Assembly: GCF_009914755.1 (NCBI RefSeq)
Contig: NC_060944.1
DNA length: 64,000 bases
Reading direction: 5' to 3' (one strand)
Origin: the human T2T-CHM13v2.0 reference genome, Homo sapiens
The notes under the pieces were generated by a model. The model was not told the origin of the DNA and did no database searches. It was given only the letters and a program-made list of their open reading frames with translations. Of the stretch, positions 36,480-57,846 are shown in pieces. Both the position numbers and the translations under genes were made by a program. Numbering within the stretch: the first letter of the stretch is position 1; the number at the start of each line of letters is the position of its first letter.

Positions 36480-36849
36480 TTAGGCGGCGGGGTTAGGGTA
36501 CGAACCCCTACAGCCTGACGCCAGGCCCCACGCCATAACCACCGTGCCATCCTCCCTCTTGAACACCGTGCGCTTCCCGGGATCCGCGGCCCCTCCTGCC
36601 CCAGGCGCCAGTCAAAAGCGGGTGCGCAGCCCACCCCGGCGGCCGCGCTGCTCACCTCCCGCAGCAGCAACAGTGCCCGGGGTCCCGCAGCGTAAGTTCT
36701 GCCGGCAAGTCGGATCCCCTCACAGGTCCGCCGCTGCGTTCATACACAAGCGACTTCCGTTCCGCCGCTACTTCAGGCCGGGTCATGCTAACGGAAGTGC
36801 TTCCTTTTTACAGTCCGGGTGGACCCAAAGCTCCGTGGCGGTGCTGAAC

Positions 36850-36850
<1 letters not shown>
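36480..36850 (-). promoter_or_regulatory. CDK5RAP1: CpG-island promoter of CDK5RAP1 with two opposed ETS/GABPA-type CGGAAGT motifs
   Basis: CpG-dense, GC-rich non-repeat segment. acttccg at 36753-36759 and cggaagt at 36792-36798. Lies immediately upstream of a GTGAG donor that can splice to the ATG exon. Confidence 0.85.
36656..36760 (-). other. CDK5RAP1: CDK5RAP1 exon 1 (5'UTR); TSS approximate
   Basis: Minus strand ...GCGGGAG|GTGAGC strong donor (ctcac at 36651-36655) inside the CpG island. The 5' end is not defined by sequence alone. Confidence 0.75.
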
Positions 36851-37470
<620 letters not shown>

Positions 37471-38341
37471 GTGCTGCCCTGTAGGTTAATGACTTCCTGA
37501 TTCACATCTCCAGCTGGACCCTCCCTGCAGTACCAGAGCCATAGCTCAGCTGCCTACTTGACACCCCTTCTTGAGTGTCTGATGACCATCTCTAACTTAT
37601 ACAGAACTCTTCATTTCCACACATGCACCTTCACCAAAAACCTGTACCTGTCATTCTGGCCCATCTCAGTAAATGGCCCAACCATCCTTCCAGGTGCACT
37701 AGGAGGAACTGAATGGTCATTTTCTTCACCTCCCTGGATCCCCACATTCTATCTGTCAGTAAGCCCTGTCAACTCTAACTCCAAAATGTCAAATCTGTCT
37801 ACTCGGTAGCTACAACTACCCAGGCCACCATTGTCTCATCAGAAACAATCACAGTAGCCTGCTAATGGTCACCTTGTCTCCTGAGAACAGTTTCCCACAC
37901 ATAGCCTAAGGGAATTTGTGTTTGTTTTATTAAATCAAATTATATCACCCCTCTCCTGAAAACTCTCCGTGGCAGGCCGGGCGTGGTGGCTCACATCTGT
38001 AATCCCAGCACTTTGGGAGGCCAACATGGGCAGATTGCTTGAGCCCAGGAGTTCTAGACTAGCCTGAGCAACATGATAAAACCCCATCTCTACAAAAAAC
38101 ACAAAAATTACCCCGGCATGGTGGTGGGTACCTGTGGTCCCAGCTACTCAGAAGGCTGAGGCAGGGAGGATTGCTTGAGCCAGGGAAGTTGAGGCGGCAG
38201 TGAACCATGACCTCAACACTGCACTCCAGCCTGGGTACCAGAATGAGACCATGTCTTGAAAAAGAAAAAAACAAAAACAGCCGGGCACGGTGGCTTATGC
38301 CTGTAATCCCAGCACTTTGGGAGGCTGAGGTGGGTGGATCA

Positions 38342-38718
<377 letters not shown>

Positions 38719-38990
38719 TCACTCTGTCGCCCAGGCTGGAGTGCAGTAGTGCAATCTCGGCTCACTGCAACATCCGCCTCCCAGGTTAAAGCGACTCTCC
38801 TGCCTCAGCCTCCCGAGTAGCTGGGATTACAGGCGTGCACCACCACGTCAAACTAATTTTTGTATTTTTAGTAGAGCAGGGTTTCACCATGTTGGCCAGA
38901 TTGGTCTCAAACTCCTGGCCTCAAGTGATCCGCCCACCTCGACCTCCTAAAGTGCTAGGATTAGAGGCGAGCACCACCACGCCCGGCTGA

Positions 38991-39188
<198 letters not shown>

Positions 39189-39236
39189 TAGTTGACTATA
39201 CTTCAACTACATAATTTTATCTTGCTCCTTCAATAA

Positions 39237-39407
<171 letters not shown>

Positions 39408-39825
39408 TAGGATTACAGGCACGCAACACCATGCCCACAGAGCTTCTCTTCTTACTATTATCTTTCTGGAATGCTCTTCTCCAAAATTGTTTCGTGGCTG
39501 GCCCCTTCTCATCCTTTAGGTCTCAGCATAAATATCAGCTCTTCAGAGAGACCCTCTCTGACCACTTCATATAAACTACTCTATCACTTCTCTTATTATT
39601 TTCTTCACCATATTTGTCACTATTCAAAATGTTGGCATTACTTATTTTCTTATCATTGCCTATTCCCTGGACTATCAGCTAGGGAGGGACACGTCGTGTC
39701 TTGTTCATGGCTTTATCCCCATGATCTACACAGGGTCTGACTCATAGAAGGGCTTAATGAAAATTTGTTGAATGAATAAATGACTGCTTTCTGTCTTAGT
39801 TTGGGCTCCCCAGAAGCAGACCTGA

Positions 39826-39951
<126 letters not shown>

Positions 39952-40310
39952 TGAGTAACTGGGATTACAGGCAAGCGCCACCACACCCGGCTAATTTTTG
40001 TATTTTTAGTAGAAACAGGGTTTCACCATATTGGCCAGACTGGTCTCTAACTCCCCACCTGAGGTGATCCACCCACCTTGGCCTCCCAAAGTGCTGGGAT
40101 TACAGGCATGAGCTACTGTGCCCGGCTACTGAGACAAGTATTTGAGTGCAGGTAGTTGATTTGCAAAGTAATCTCAGGAAACACTGGTAGGGTAGTAGGG
40201 GAGTGAAACAGGGAGGGGAGACAGCCAATAAACATTGTTAACAAGCAACTTTCTTGCAGGCATCTAGGTCTTAATCCTGCTGGAGAACACTGGGAAATAA
40301 TGCAGAACAC

Positions 40311-40949
<639 letters not shown>

Positions 40950-41536
40950 TCACCTGAGGTCAGGAGTTCAAGACCAGCCTGGCCAACATGGTGAAACCCC
41001 CGTCTCTACTAAAAATACAAAAAAATTAGCCGGGCATGGTGGCAAGCGCCTGTAATCCCAGCTGCTCAGGAGGCTGAGGCAAGAGAATTGCTTGAGGCCA
41101 AGACAGGAGGATTGCTTGAGTTCAGGAGTGTGAGACCAGCCTGAGTAACATGGCAAGACCCCATCTCTACAACAAATTAAAAAATAAAAAATTAGCCAGC
41201 CATGGTGGCACAGTCCTATAGTCTTAGCAACTTGGGAGGCTGAGGTAGGAGGATCACTTGAGCCTGGGAGGCCGAGACTGCAGTAAGCTGGGATCCCGCA
41301 ACTGCACTCCAGCCTGGGCAACAAAGCGAGACCCCACCTCCAAAACAAAAAATAGGGCGGAGGGTGGTGTTCCAAGTGAAGGCACCAGACTGCTGATGGC
41401 CAGAAGGAAAAGGAGTGAGTCTTTGGTGGTTTGGGATGTTGCTGAAAATTTAGTGGATAAGCTGAGAAAATTTCATTTTCACAAAGAAACAATGCTACCA
41501 TTGTAAGTAAGCTAAAAGTGATTGCCTCAAAGTTAA

Positions 41537-41749
<213 letters not shown>

Positions 41750-42519
41750 TGAGACCGAGTCTCACTCTGTTACCCAGGCTGGAGTGCAGTGGCCGCGATC
41801 TCAGCTCACCGCAACCTTCACCTCCCAGGTTCAAGCAATTCTCCTGCCTCAGCCTCCTGAGTAGCTGGGATTACAGGCAGGTGCCACCATGCCCGGCTAA
41901 TTTTTGTATTTTTAGTAGCAACAGGGTTTCACCATGTTGGCCAGGCTGGTCTTGAACTCCTGACCTCAGGTGATCCGCCCACCTCAGCCTCCCAGAGTGC
42001 TGGGATTACAGGCATGAGCCATCACACCAGGCACATCATCTTTGTTTTATCTTGTCGCTACATTAAAGAAACTGAACCTTTCAAAAGTTTAAAAAAAAAA
42101 AAGTTCTGGGCTTGGCACGGTGTCCTAGCACTTTGGGAAGCTGATGCAGGAGGATCACTTGAGGTCAGGAGTTTAAAACCAGCCTGGCCAACATGGTGAA
42201 ACCCTATCTCTACTAAAAATACAAAACATTAGTGGGGCATGGTGGTGGGCGCCTGTAATCCCAGCTACTCAGGAGGCTGAGGCAGGAGAATCGCTTGAAC
42301 CGGGAGGTGGATGTTGCAGTGAGATGAGACCCTGCCTGGGTGACAGAGCAAGACTCCGTCTCAAAAAAAAAAAAGTTCTCCATCATTGCCATTGTCATTG
42401 TGATTTTAGGTAGGGAGTCATAACCACTGCCCACTCACATCCAGCCAGCACATCGCAGTTTCCGAAGTACCAAACACATTCCACTCCACCTCCCTTCTGC
42501 AGGAAAGGGTCCTGAAGCT

Positions 42520-43060
42520 CTCTAAGATGGCTTTGACATGGGTCCACAAATTCTTTGACATTCCTTTCTTCAAGAGGTGGAGCCTAATTCCCCTCCCTTT
42601 GAGTGTGGACTGAACTTAGTGACTCATTTCTAATGAATAGAACAAAGCAGAAGCAACAGTGTAAGGCTTCCAAGACCGGGTCATAAGAGGCACTGTTTGT
42701 GGCTTCCTCCTTGCCCTCTCTTCTGTCTCACTGTGGGGAAAGCCAACTGCCATATCATGAGAAAACTCAAGCAGCAGCTCTAGGGTTAGCCCTACATGGT
42801 GAGGAACTGAGACCTCCTACCCACAGCCATGTGCATGAGCAGTATTGGAATGGATCCTCCAGCCCCAGTCAAGCCTTCAGATGACTGCAGCCCTAGCCGA
42901 CAACTTGACTGCAACCTCATGAGCGACCCTGAGACAAGAACAGCCCAGCTTAGCCCCTCTCAAATTTCTGACCCACAGAACCTAAGAGATAATGAATATT
43001 TGTCATTTTAAGCTGCAAATTTTGGATAATTTGTCACACAACAATAGATAACCAATACAC
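42520..43060. mobile_element. MLT1-family (MaLR) LTR just past the SNTA1 poly(A) site
   Basis: cacaaattctttgac...cccagtcaagccttcagatgactgcagcc...atagataaccaataca resembles MLT1E/F. Confidence 0.7.
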
Positions 43061-43199
43061 TGTCTTTGGCCCATGTAGTAAAGGTCTGTTCTTCTCCAGG
43101 GAAAGGTGCCCTAGTCCTTGGTCTGGTCCATCTTGGGACTGCAGGGGCCACCCCAGGACCCAAAGGCCAAGGCACAGACCACATACACTGGGCCGGGCT

Positions 43200-43735
43200 G
43201 CCTGTGTGCTCACAGGCTGTTTATTTATCCAAGAGTAAGGAGGAGAGAGACAGGATGAAGAGAAAAACCAGACTCCCCACGGTGGCAGGGCTGAGGGGAA
43301 AAACAAACAGAAAATCTCCTCTTCTTTCTCTTGCTGCTGACCCCAGGGTACTCCAGCTTCAGATGGGACCTCTGGGGGTGGCTTAGGGGCCTCGAGGAGG
43401 CCCGGCAGCTCAGCTGTTGGCTGGGGTCAGGATCCGCACAGGGGCAGGTCCCAGACTCGGAATGGCTTCTGTGTACACAAAATATCTCTCTGCAAAAGGC
43501 ACTGGTGGAGGGGGGCAGCAGGAAGGCCACCCCATCACAGGCAGAGTCCACTCTGTCCTGCGTCTGGGTCCTGGGCCCCAAGACCAATCCAGTCTCCCTC
43601 AGGGTTGGGGTTTCGGAGGCCCTTGTTCCTCTCCTCTCCCTTCCCTCAGCCCAGGGGTGAGCAGGCAGTCGGTGGAGGCCCAGCTCAGGCCATGTCATGG
43701 ACACCCCTCTTCAGGGCTAGTGCATCCGGCGACTT
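43200..43735 (-). other. SNTA1: SNTA1 3'UTR (~0.53 kb; end approximate)
   Basis: Unique sequence between the stop codon and the poly(A) signal. Confidence 0.8.
43220..43225 (-). terminator. SNTA1: SNTA1 polyadenylation signal AATAAA
   Basis: tttatt on the plus strand; a GT-rich downstream element (GTATGTGGTCTGTG) follows on the minus strand. Confidence 0.85.
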
Positions 43736-44163
<428 letters not shown>

Positions 44164-44424
44164 CTACACCCCAACCTCCAACCCCCACCGCAGCTTACAA
44201 AGTGGGGCCTGAATGCCTCCAGGGATGGGAGGCTCACTGTTTGTCGTGGCACCAGTACACCCACCCTGCAGAGAGTCATCACCCCCACCCTCAGAGGACC
44301 TACACCCACTTCCAGTCCCACTTCCAGCAGCACAAGTAGAAAGGGGGAGCTTAAAATGTGCCATGGACAGGAGGCTCACTGCTGATAAAGGCATCATCAG
44401 ATCTACCAAGCACCGCCCTTGGAG

Positions 44425-44567
44425 ACCTGCAGAGTTACCCGGCTAAATTTAAATTTCAGATAAACAATGACTAATTTGGGCATACTTCTGTGAAAAAAGT
44501 ATTCATTGTTAACCTGAAATTCAAATGAGGCTGGGTGTCCTGTATTTATTTCCTCTGGCAACCCTAC
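44425..44567. mobile_element. MER53-like palindromic MITE in SNTA1 intron 6
   Basis: aaatttaaatttcagataaacaatga ... tcattgttaacctgaaattcaaat inverted halves; ctggcaacccta end. Confidence 0.6.
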
Positions 44568-45268
44568 CCCAAGTGCCATCTCTCACATCCTCACCAGCAG
44601 ATTGACAAAACTGGGGCAAGAAAACCCCAGGGAGAAGAGTCTCTGCCTGCTAGGGCACCTGCACATCCAAAACAGAGGGCCCAAACCCAACTTCCTTTTT
44701 TTTTTGGAGAAACAGTCTCACTCTGTTACCCAGGCTGGAGTGCAGTGGGCGCAATCTCGGCTCACCACAACCTCCATCTCCCGGGTTCAAGTGATTCTCG
44801 TGCCTCAGCTTCCTGCGTAGCTGGGACTACAGGCACCTAGTACCATGCCCGGCTAATTTTTGTATTATTATTTTTTTTTTTTGAGACAGTCTTGCTCTGT
44901 CGCCCAGGCTGGAGTGCAGTGGCACAATCTGGGCCCACTACAACCTCCACCTCCCAGATTCAAACAATTCTGCCTCAGCCTCCCGAGTAGCTAGGACTAC
45001 AGGCGCCCACCACCATGCCCGGCTAATTTTTGTATTTTTAGTAGAGACAGGGTTTCACCATTTTGGCCAGGCTGGTCTCAAACTGCTGACCTCAAGTGAT
45101 CCACCCGCCTCAGCCTCCCAAAGTGCTGCGATTACAGGCGTGAGCCACCGCACCTGGCCAATTTTTGTATTATTAGTAGAGACAGGGTTTTGCCATGTTT
45201 GCCAGACTGGTCTCAAACTTCTGACCTCAGGTGATCCACCCACCTTGACCTCCAAACCCCATTTTCTA

Positions 45269-45595
<327 letters not shown>

Positions 45596-47364
45596 TCAGG
45601 CCGGAGGCAAATAGTTCTGGGCAAAGGGGCCAGTGACCTGGGAAGAAACCCTGTAAATCCTTTACCACCTAACAGGACAGGACTTGCCAGGGGGCACTGA
45701 TTGACTCAGCAGGAGACATCTCCTGCCACCCTCCCCGTCACTCCCTTGGCTCTGGCTATACTGGTGTCATCACACACACCTAGCACATGCCTGCCTCAGC
45801 ACCTTTGCATATGCTCTTCCCTCTGCCTATACATGCTTCCCTGATTATCTGCACGGCTCACTCCCTCACTTCCTTCAGATGTTAGTTTAAATGTCACCTC
45901 CTCTGAGAAGCCTTCCCTGACCTCCCAGTCCAAAATAGCACCCTTGTCACTCACTAGCCTTACTTTTTAATCATGGTACCAGAAATTATACTTTTTATTA
46001 TTTGTTTTCGTTGGTTTTTGACTGTCTTTTTCACTAGAATGTCAACTAGGTTAGAAATTTTGATCTTGTGTTCACCACTGTATTCCCAGTAACTAAAACC
46101 ATGCCTGCCCACAGTAGGTGCTCAGTAAACTTTTGTTGCCTAACTTGAATCACTTGATTAGGCAGACAGTCCAGGACCTAGTTATCCCTAGTAGCCAGCA
46201 GGCTCCTGACACACGGGCCAGAGCCAGCCTGAGGTAAGGAGACATGGGGGACAAGGACTTCAGACCCCTGCAGCTTGACTCTCACTTGCTGTGTGGCCTT
46301 GGTAAGCCAACTGCCCCTCTCTGGGGCAGAAAGTTCTGCCCCATATCCCTCTTTGTTCCTCCCTCCACCCACTCTTTCTCCTATAGCTCAGTTCCCCCCG
46401 CCACAGACTGCTGCTGACACCCGCCTTCGACTTTCCAGCCCTGAGCTGCAGACCCTCGAGTCCCCAGGCTTCCTATCCAAGCTCCCTCTCCATCCCACAC
46501 ACACTCTGGACTTAACTCAGCATCTTGCTCCAGCCTCCTCCCTTTCCACCCCCACCCCCAGTCCCACGCTCACCCAGACACAAGCTCCAAACCTCCTGTT
46601 CATTCCGGACCCCTCCTTCACCCGCCCCATCTGGCAAGCACGGAGCCCTGTTAATTTTACACCCATGTGGTTTCCAATGCCAATGCTGCCTTTCTTCCCC
46701 ATCTGCTCCTGCCACCCACCTCCACCTCCCCCAGCCACCATCATCTCTCCTGCATGACTGCAGCACCTCCCCACTTCCATCCTGCACTCTCCGCTGCATT
46801 CTCCACGTGGCAGCCACAGGGATTCTCTTAAAGCAACCAGAGCACCTCGCTCCCCAGCTTAAACCCTTCAACACTACCAAACTCTTAAGCTAAAGCTAAC
46901 ATTCCTTAATCAGGCAACAGAAGCTCTTCAAGATCAGGCCCTGCCAACTCCCTTCTCTCCATTTCCTGCATGAATTCTGGTTATCACAAACTCATAGCTC
47001 CATGAACATGCTATAGCCCTTCATGCCTCTGTACTTTTGACCATGATGTTCTCTCTGCATGGGATGCTCTTTCACCCTTTCTTAAACAGAAAACTTCTAC
47101 TCATCCATCAAAGTCCAGCTCAAATGTCACCTCCTCCCTGAAGCCTTCCTCTACTACCCCAACAGAGTTAAGTGGCTCCTACAAACCCTGCACTGTAATG
47201 GCTGTTCCTGGGTCTGTCTCCCCAGCCAGACAAGGTTCTCTCTGGAGGCAGAAACTGTTGGGGTCAGCTCTGTGCCCTCTGAACCATGCAGCACAAGGCA
47301 TAAGTGTCAGCGAATGAGTGGCTAATGGGGACCTTATATCCTTTTGTTCCAAGCACCCATTTTA

Positions 47365-48145
<781 letters not shown>

Positions 48146-48505
48146 TCACTGCTGGGCTCCAGCCACAGTTGCTGGGGCTTCATGGGGCATAGGAACAAGC
48201 GAGTGTGACATATACACACGTGTTCATATATTTTGTGGGGTTTTTGTTGTTGTTTTTGAAACAGAGCCTCGCTCTGTCACCCAGGCTGCACTGCAATGGC
48301 CCAACCTCTGCCTCCCAGGTTCAAGTGATTCTCCTGCCTCAGCCTCCCAAGTAGCTGGGATTACAGGCACACGCCACCACACCCATATAATTTTTGTATT
48401 TTTAATAGAGATGGGGTTTCACCATGTTGGCCAGGATGGTCTCGATCTCCTGACCCCGTGATCCACCTGCCTCAGCCTCCCAAAGTGCTGGGATTACAGG
48501 CATGA

Positions 48506-48694
<189 letters not shown>

Positions 48695-49169
48695 TGAAAC
48701 ATGCATGATGGTGTGATAGGGCCTAAATTATTGCTGTGTGGCTATTCCTAATCTTGCCCCTTTCTCCTGGTTTCTAAGGAACATCCTCTTCTGGGCCAGC
48801 TCCCAGGTTCTCCTTGTTGCACAGAACCAAACTAATTCACTAATAAGAGCAGGGGAAAAAAAAAAAAAAAACTAAGCTGGGCATGGTGGCTCACGCCTGT
48901 AATCCCAGAACTTCGGGAGACTGAGCCAGGACGATGGCTTGAGCCCAGGAGTTCGAGACCAGCCTGGACAACAAAGTGAGACACTCATCTCTAAAAAAGA
49001 AAAAAAAATTTTTTTTTTAATTAGCCAGGCATGGTGACACGTGCCTATAGTCCCAGCTACTTAGAGGCTGAGGCAGGAGAACCACTTGAGCCCAGGAGTT
49101 TGAGGCTGCAGTAAGCTATAAGGGTGCCAGTGCACTCCAGCCTAGATGACAGCACAAGACCTCATCTTA

Positions 49170-49905
<736 letters not shown>

Positions 49906-50329
49906 CTAGCAGAAAAGACTCTTTGGCTTTTGTCTTATTTCTGCCTGGAATATGAACACAATTCTTGGGATGCAGCCACCATCCTGCCTCCACGAAGAAG
50001 AAAACCGCCCATAATTAAAATGGTAGAGCAGGAAGCTAGAAGCCTAGTTCCTTGATGGCATCCTTGAGCATCTACAGCAGCCTGAATAGCTGACCCCTGG
50101 ACTTCTTTTTAAACATGTGGGAAAATTAACCCCTTTTATTTAAGTCATTGCTTGTTGGAGTTTCTGTACTTGCAGCCCAGTGCAATCCTAACACTGAGTA
50201 AAAGTTTGAAGCAGTTTTCATTATATTTTGGTTGCCAGGCTGTATCCCTATGACTGGGATACTGCACTGACAGTGGGCCATATGGAACCCCAGTTATATT
50301 CAGGTTACCTATGTAGGTACTCAGGCATG

Positions 50330-50500
50330 TACATGTTAAAACACACATGCACACACATGTGCATACACATACAAATAACATATAAACAAACACACATGTA
50401 CAAATCTATACTCATACATGCAAATGCTCTCATATATACATACAAGCACTTGCATTTACATGTCATCTACACGTGCGCACACTTAGAAACATATACACAC
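50330..50500. repeat. Degenerate (CA/TA)n low-complexity tract
   Basis: acacacatgcacacacatgtgcatacacatac... Confidence 0.7.
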
Positions 50501-50717
50501 GTTTCAGGTAATGTCTGGGATCAGGCTGGGAATCTAAGGTTCTATGAGTCTCTAGAAGGACTAATACTACTTCACCTTCACACTCACAGAAGGCCCTTCC
50601 GGGCCGGGCATGGTGGCTCACCCCTGTAATCCCAGCACTTTGGGAGCCCAAGGTGGGTGGATCTTGAGGTCAGGAGTTTGAGATCAGCCTGGCCAATGTG
50701 GTGAAACCCTGTCTCTA

Positions 50718-51041
<324 letters not shown>

Positions 51042-52005
51042 TTAGTCTATTAAAAATACAGGCGATGGCTCATGCCTGTAATCCTAGCACTTCAGGAGGC
51101 CAAGGTGGGCGGATCACCTGAGGTCAGGAGTTCCAAACCAGCCTGACCAACATGGTGAAACCCCATCTCTAATAAAAATACAAAATTAGCTGGGCATGTT
51201 GGCAGGTGCCTGTAATCCCAGCTACTCAGAAGTCTGAGGCAGGAGAATCGCTTGAACCCGGGAGAAGGGGACCGCAGTGAGCCAAGATTACACCACTGCA
51301 CTCCAGCCTGGGCAACAGAGCGATACTCCGTCTCAAAAACAAAAACAAAGGCTCTTTTTTAGAGTATCGGCAAGTGACCTGTGAATCACCAGTTCTTGCC
51401 TCATGGGGGCAGGCAAGAGGTGTGGCATCGAGTGAGACCAAGAGATTTGGATGCTGGACGTTAACCAGCCCTCCCAGCCAATGTTGGGCATTTGCTTGGC
51501 ATTGAACCTAGGCTGTCACTAGGACCCACAGCCCAAGCTTGTAATGCATATAGCAGTTAAGCATCACCTCCAACAATGCATATCCCACTTGACCAAATAT
51601 GCTCCATTTAGCCACCACCATCACTCAGGTATCTTGCACCTTCCAAAGCAGAAAGGACTACCAGGATTGAGGCAAGTGCCACCCTTTCTGGTTGTGTGAT
51701 CTCAAGTAGGTTACTTCCCCTCTCTGTCCTCATCTATAAAATGGAGGTGAGCCGGGAACGATGGCTCATGCCTGTAATCCCAGCACTTTGGGAGGCCGAG
51801 GCAGGCAGATCACCTGAGGTCAGCAGTGCGAAACCAGCGTGGCCAACATGGTGGAACCCCATCTCTACAAAAAATACAAAAGTTAGGCAGGGCACAGTTG
51901 CTTACACCTATAATCCCAGCACTTTGGGAGGCTGAGGCGGGGGAATCACCTGAGGTCAGGAGTTCGTGACCAGCCTGACCAACATGGAGAATCCCGTCTC
52001 TACTA

Positions 52006-52230
<225 letters not shown>

Positions 52231-52944
52231 TTAGGAGGCTAAGGCAGGAGAATCACTTGAACCCAGGAGGCAGAAATTGCAGTGAGCCAAGATCTTTGCA
52301 CCACTGCACTCCAGCCTGGGCGACAGAGCAAAACTCTGGCTCAAAAATAATAATAAAATAAAATAAAATGGAGGTGAAATAATAGGACTTTGCCCATTGG
52401 GCCTCTGTGAGAGCTAAATAATATTGCACAGGGAAAGCACTCAACACAGTGCTGGGTACACAGTAAACACTCAGTAAATGTTAGGTGGTTTCAGTATTAT
52501 CAATGAACTGTTAAAGGCTGCTCAGATGTGAAGGATGTAACCTTCCATGGCCCTGATAAAAAGGTTACCAGACATCTCAGAGCTCCAGCAGAGTGGGAAG
52601 AGACGAGAGGATCAGTGAGTCCAACAACCTCATCTCACAATGGAGAATCTAAAGGTCAGTGAGGAAAAGGGCCTAGTTCAAAGAGGACCAGGACTGGAAC
52701 GCAGGGTTCTTCCTCAGACCAAGTTCATCCCCAGATGTGAGCTGCCCAGAGGAAGAAGTGAGAAGCAAAGCACACCATCATCTCCATGGCTTCACTCAGG
52801 CTTCCAGTCAATCTATTTTTTAAGCACCTACTATGTCCTGGCATTGTGCTGGTCATTCGTACAACACAGAGGTGTCTTTCCATTGGTCCCACCACCTGAC
52901 GCCAGGGCATCTGTCCATCTGAGTTGCTCCCAACCCCAGCCTTA

Positions 52945-53166
<222 letters not shown>

Positions 53167-53724
53167 TCAGCAGTCACCACTGTGACATGGGCTCCCAGCA
53201 CATATCACAATTGTCACTAATTTATTAAGAGTTTAATTTACGTGTCACTATTAGACCCTTAGTAAGCAAGAGTCCAGTAGTGATATTAACAAATTCTTCT
53301 AAGTTAAAGTCTCTGACAGGGCAGTGGAGCAGAAAATACTGTATCCCTTCTCTCTATCCCTATATAGAGATAGGGCCCGCCTATATCCCTTCTCTCATTT
53401 TCCCCATGGTTAATAGACATACAGCCACCTGGAAGAAAGACTCTATTTCCCAGCCTCCTTTGCAGTGAGGTGTGGCCATGTGACTTTTTTTTTTTTTTTT
53501 TTGAGACAGTTTCTCTCTGTCACCCAGACTAGAGTGCCATGGTGTGATCACAGCTCGCTACAGCCTCAATCTCCCAGATCAATCAATCCTCCCACCTCAG
53601 CTCCCCAAGTAGCTGGGTCTACAGGTACGCACTACCACACCCAGCTATTAATTTTTTGTAGAGATGGGGTCACGCCATGTTGCTGGTCTTGAACTCCTAG
53701 ACAGTGTATACAAGAAGGTGGTTA

Positions 53725-54063
<339 letters not shown>

Positions 54064-55086
54064 TCATGCCTGTAATTCCAGCACTTTGGGAGGCCAAGGC
54101 AGTGTGGATCACTTGATGTCAGGAGTTCAAGACCACCCTGGCCAACAAGGTGAAACCCTGTCTCTACTAATAATACAAAGGTTAGCTGGGCAGGGTGGTG
54201 CATGCCTGTAATCCCAGCTACTCGAGAGGCTGAGGCATGAGAATCACTTGAACATGGGAAGCAAAGGTTGCAATGAGCCAAGATTGCGCACTCCAGCCTG
54301 GACGATGAAGTGCGACTGCCTCAAAAAAAAAAAAATGATGACTTTCCCAAGACCTTGTCTCTCTTCTCCCAACAAGGATATACCCTCTGTGGGTGCCTGA
54401 TGCCTGCTAGCCCGTGGGCAGCCTCTCTTCCTCTGCTCTCAACCACACCTGCTCCCAGGGCCATCTGGCTTGCTAGCTATCTGACGTCTGCAGTCAAAGC
54501 CCAGCCAACGTGCCCTGTGAGTGGACAGCCCAGGAAGGAGTTAGGAAGTAATTCTTGGCCCACCTCCCTGGAAGAACCAGATAAGAAGCTATTTCTGTCG
54601 CAGGAGATGCCTCTGAGGCTCAGATAGGATTCAAAGCAAATGGAGGCAAATAAGAGGGAGTTACAAACCCTATTGGGGTTGGGATAGAAGCAATGTTGAA
54701 AGAAACCAGGGTCAGGTTTTTTTGGGAGAAGCAAGCCTGGGTCTGACTTTTGGGGACTAGGACTCAAATGACTTATCATCACTGTAGCAACGACTTACCC
54801 CAGGACTGACTATTGGATTATGTCTCAAAGGGCAGCAGAAGTGGGACATATCACAGCCTACTTGACAGCCAAAAACCATCTCCCCTCTTTTTCCTTTGCT
54901 AAGAGAACCCTGAGCCCTAGAGGCTCAGCTTCTCCCCAGCTTAGAGGGAGAATCTTGATTGGTCAAATCAAATCATGATCATTCCATCCTTTTTGCTTGT
55001 GATTGGTTTAGAAAGGGGCAAATGATACAGTTCTGGCCAATGAGATGTGAGGAAAAAAACACTGCCTTCCTTTTCTCCTCCTTTAG

Positions 55087-55447
<361 letters not shown>

Positions 55448-55857
55448 TGACCACAAAGTTTGGGATCCACACATTGAGGATGGTGAAGCAGAAAGATGGA
55501 GAGACCTGAGTTTTCGATGATACCATGAGCCCCTAAATTAATCTTCCCTGGAGCCATGCTGTCTCAAGATGTTCGGGAGGATAACACATTTTCTTTGATG
55601 TTTAAACCTCATTGAATTGGATTCCTGTTACTTGCAGTCAAAAGCATCCTGACAAATACAGCCCCCAATGGTGCAACTGCTACATCTCCTTGCTACAAGT
55701 GGCCACGTCCTGCTCAAAGCCCTGCTCTGCCTCCCCTGCACCCTTTGCCTAACTTCAATGCCCTCTAGGACATGGGCCCTGCCCACAGGTCCTGTCTTCC
55801 TCCCTGGCTTCACTTCTTGCCATATCCCTAATCTCACCCTCTGGTCCAATCACACTA

Positions 55858-56563
<706 letters not shown>

Positions 56564-56682
56564 TCACGCCTGTAATCCCAGCACTTTGGGAGGCTGAGGC
56601 GGGAGGATCACCTGAGGCTGGGAGTTCAAGACCACCTGGCCAACATGGCGAAACCCTGTCTCTACTAAAAATACAAAAATTA

Positions 56683-56880
<198 letters not shown>

Positions 56881-57009
56881 TTAATAACTACAGCCAGACA
56901 TGGTGGCTCACGCCTGTAATCCCAGCACTTTGGGAGCCCGAGGCAGGCAGACTGCTTGAGCCCAGGAGTTCAAGACCAGGTTGGGCAACATAGCAAAAAC
57001 TTGTCTCTA

Positions 57010-57846
<837 letters not shown>

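Noticed and set aside
46275-46893. Pro/Ser-rich ORFs in SNTA1 intron 5
   Set aside because: C-rich low-complexity sequence adjoining an L2 relic; no credible splice sites in phase.
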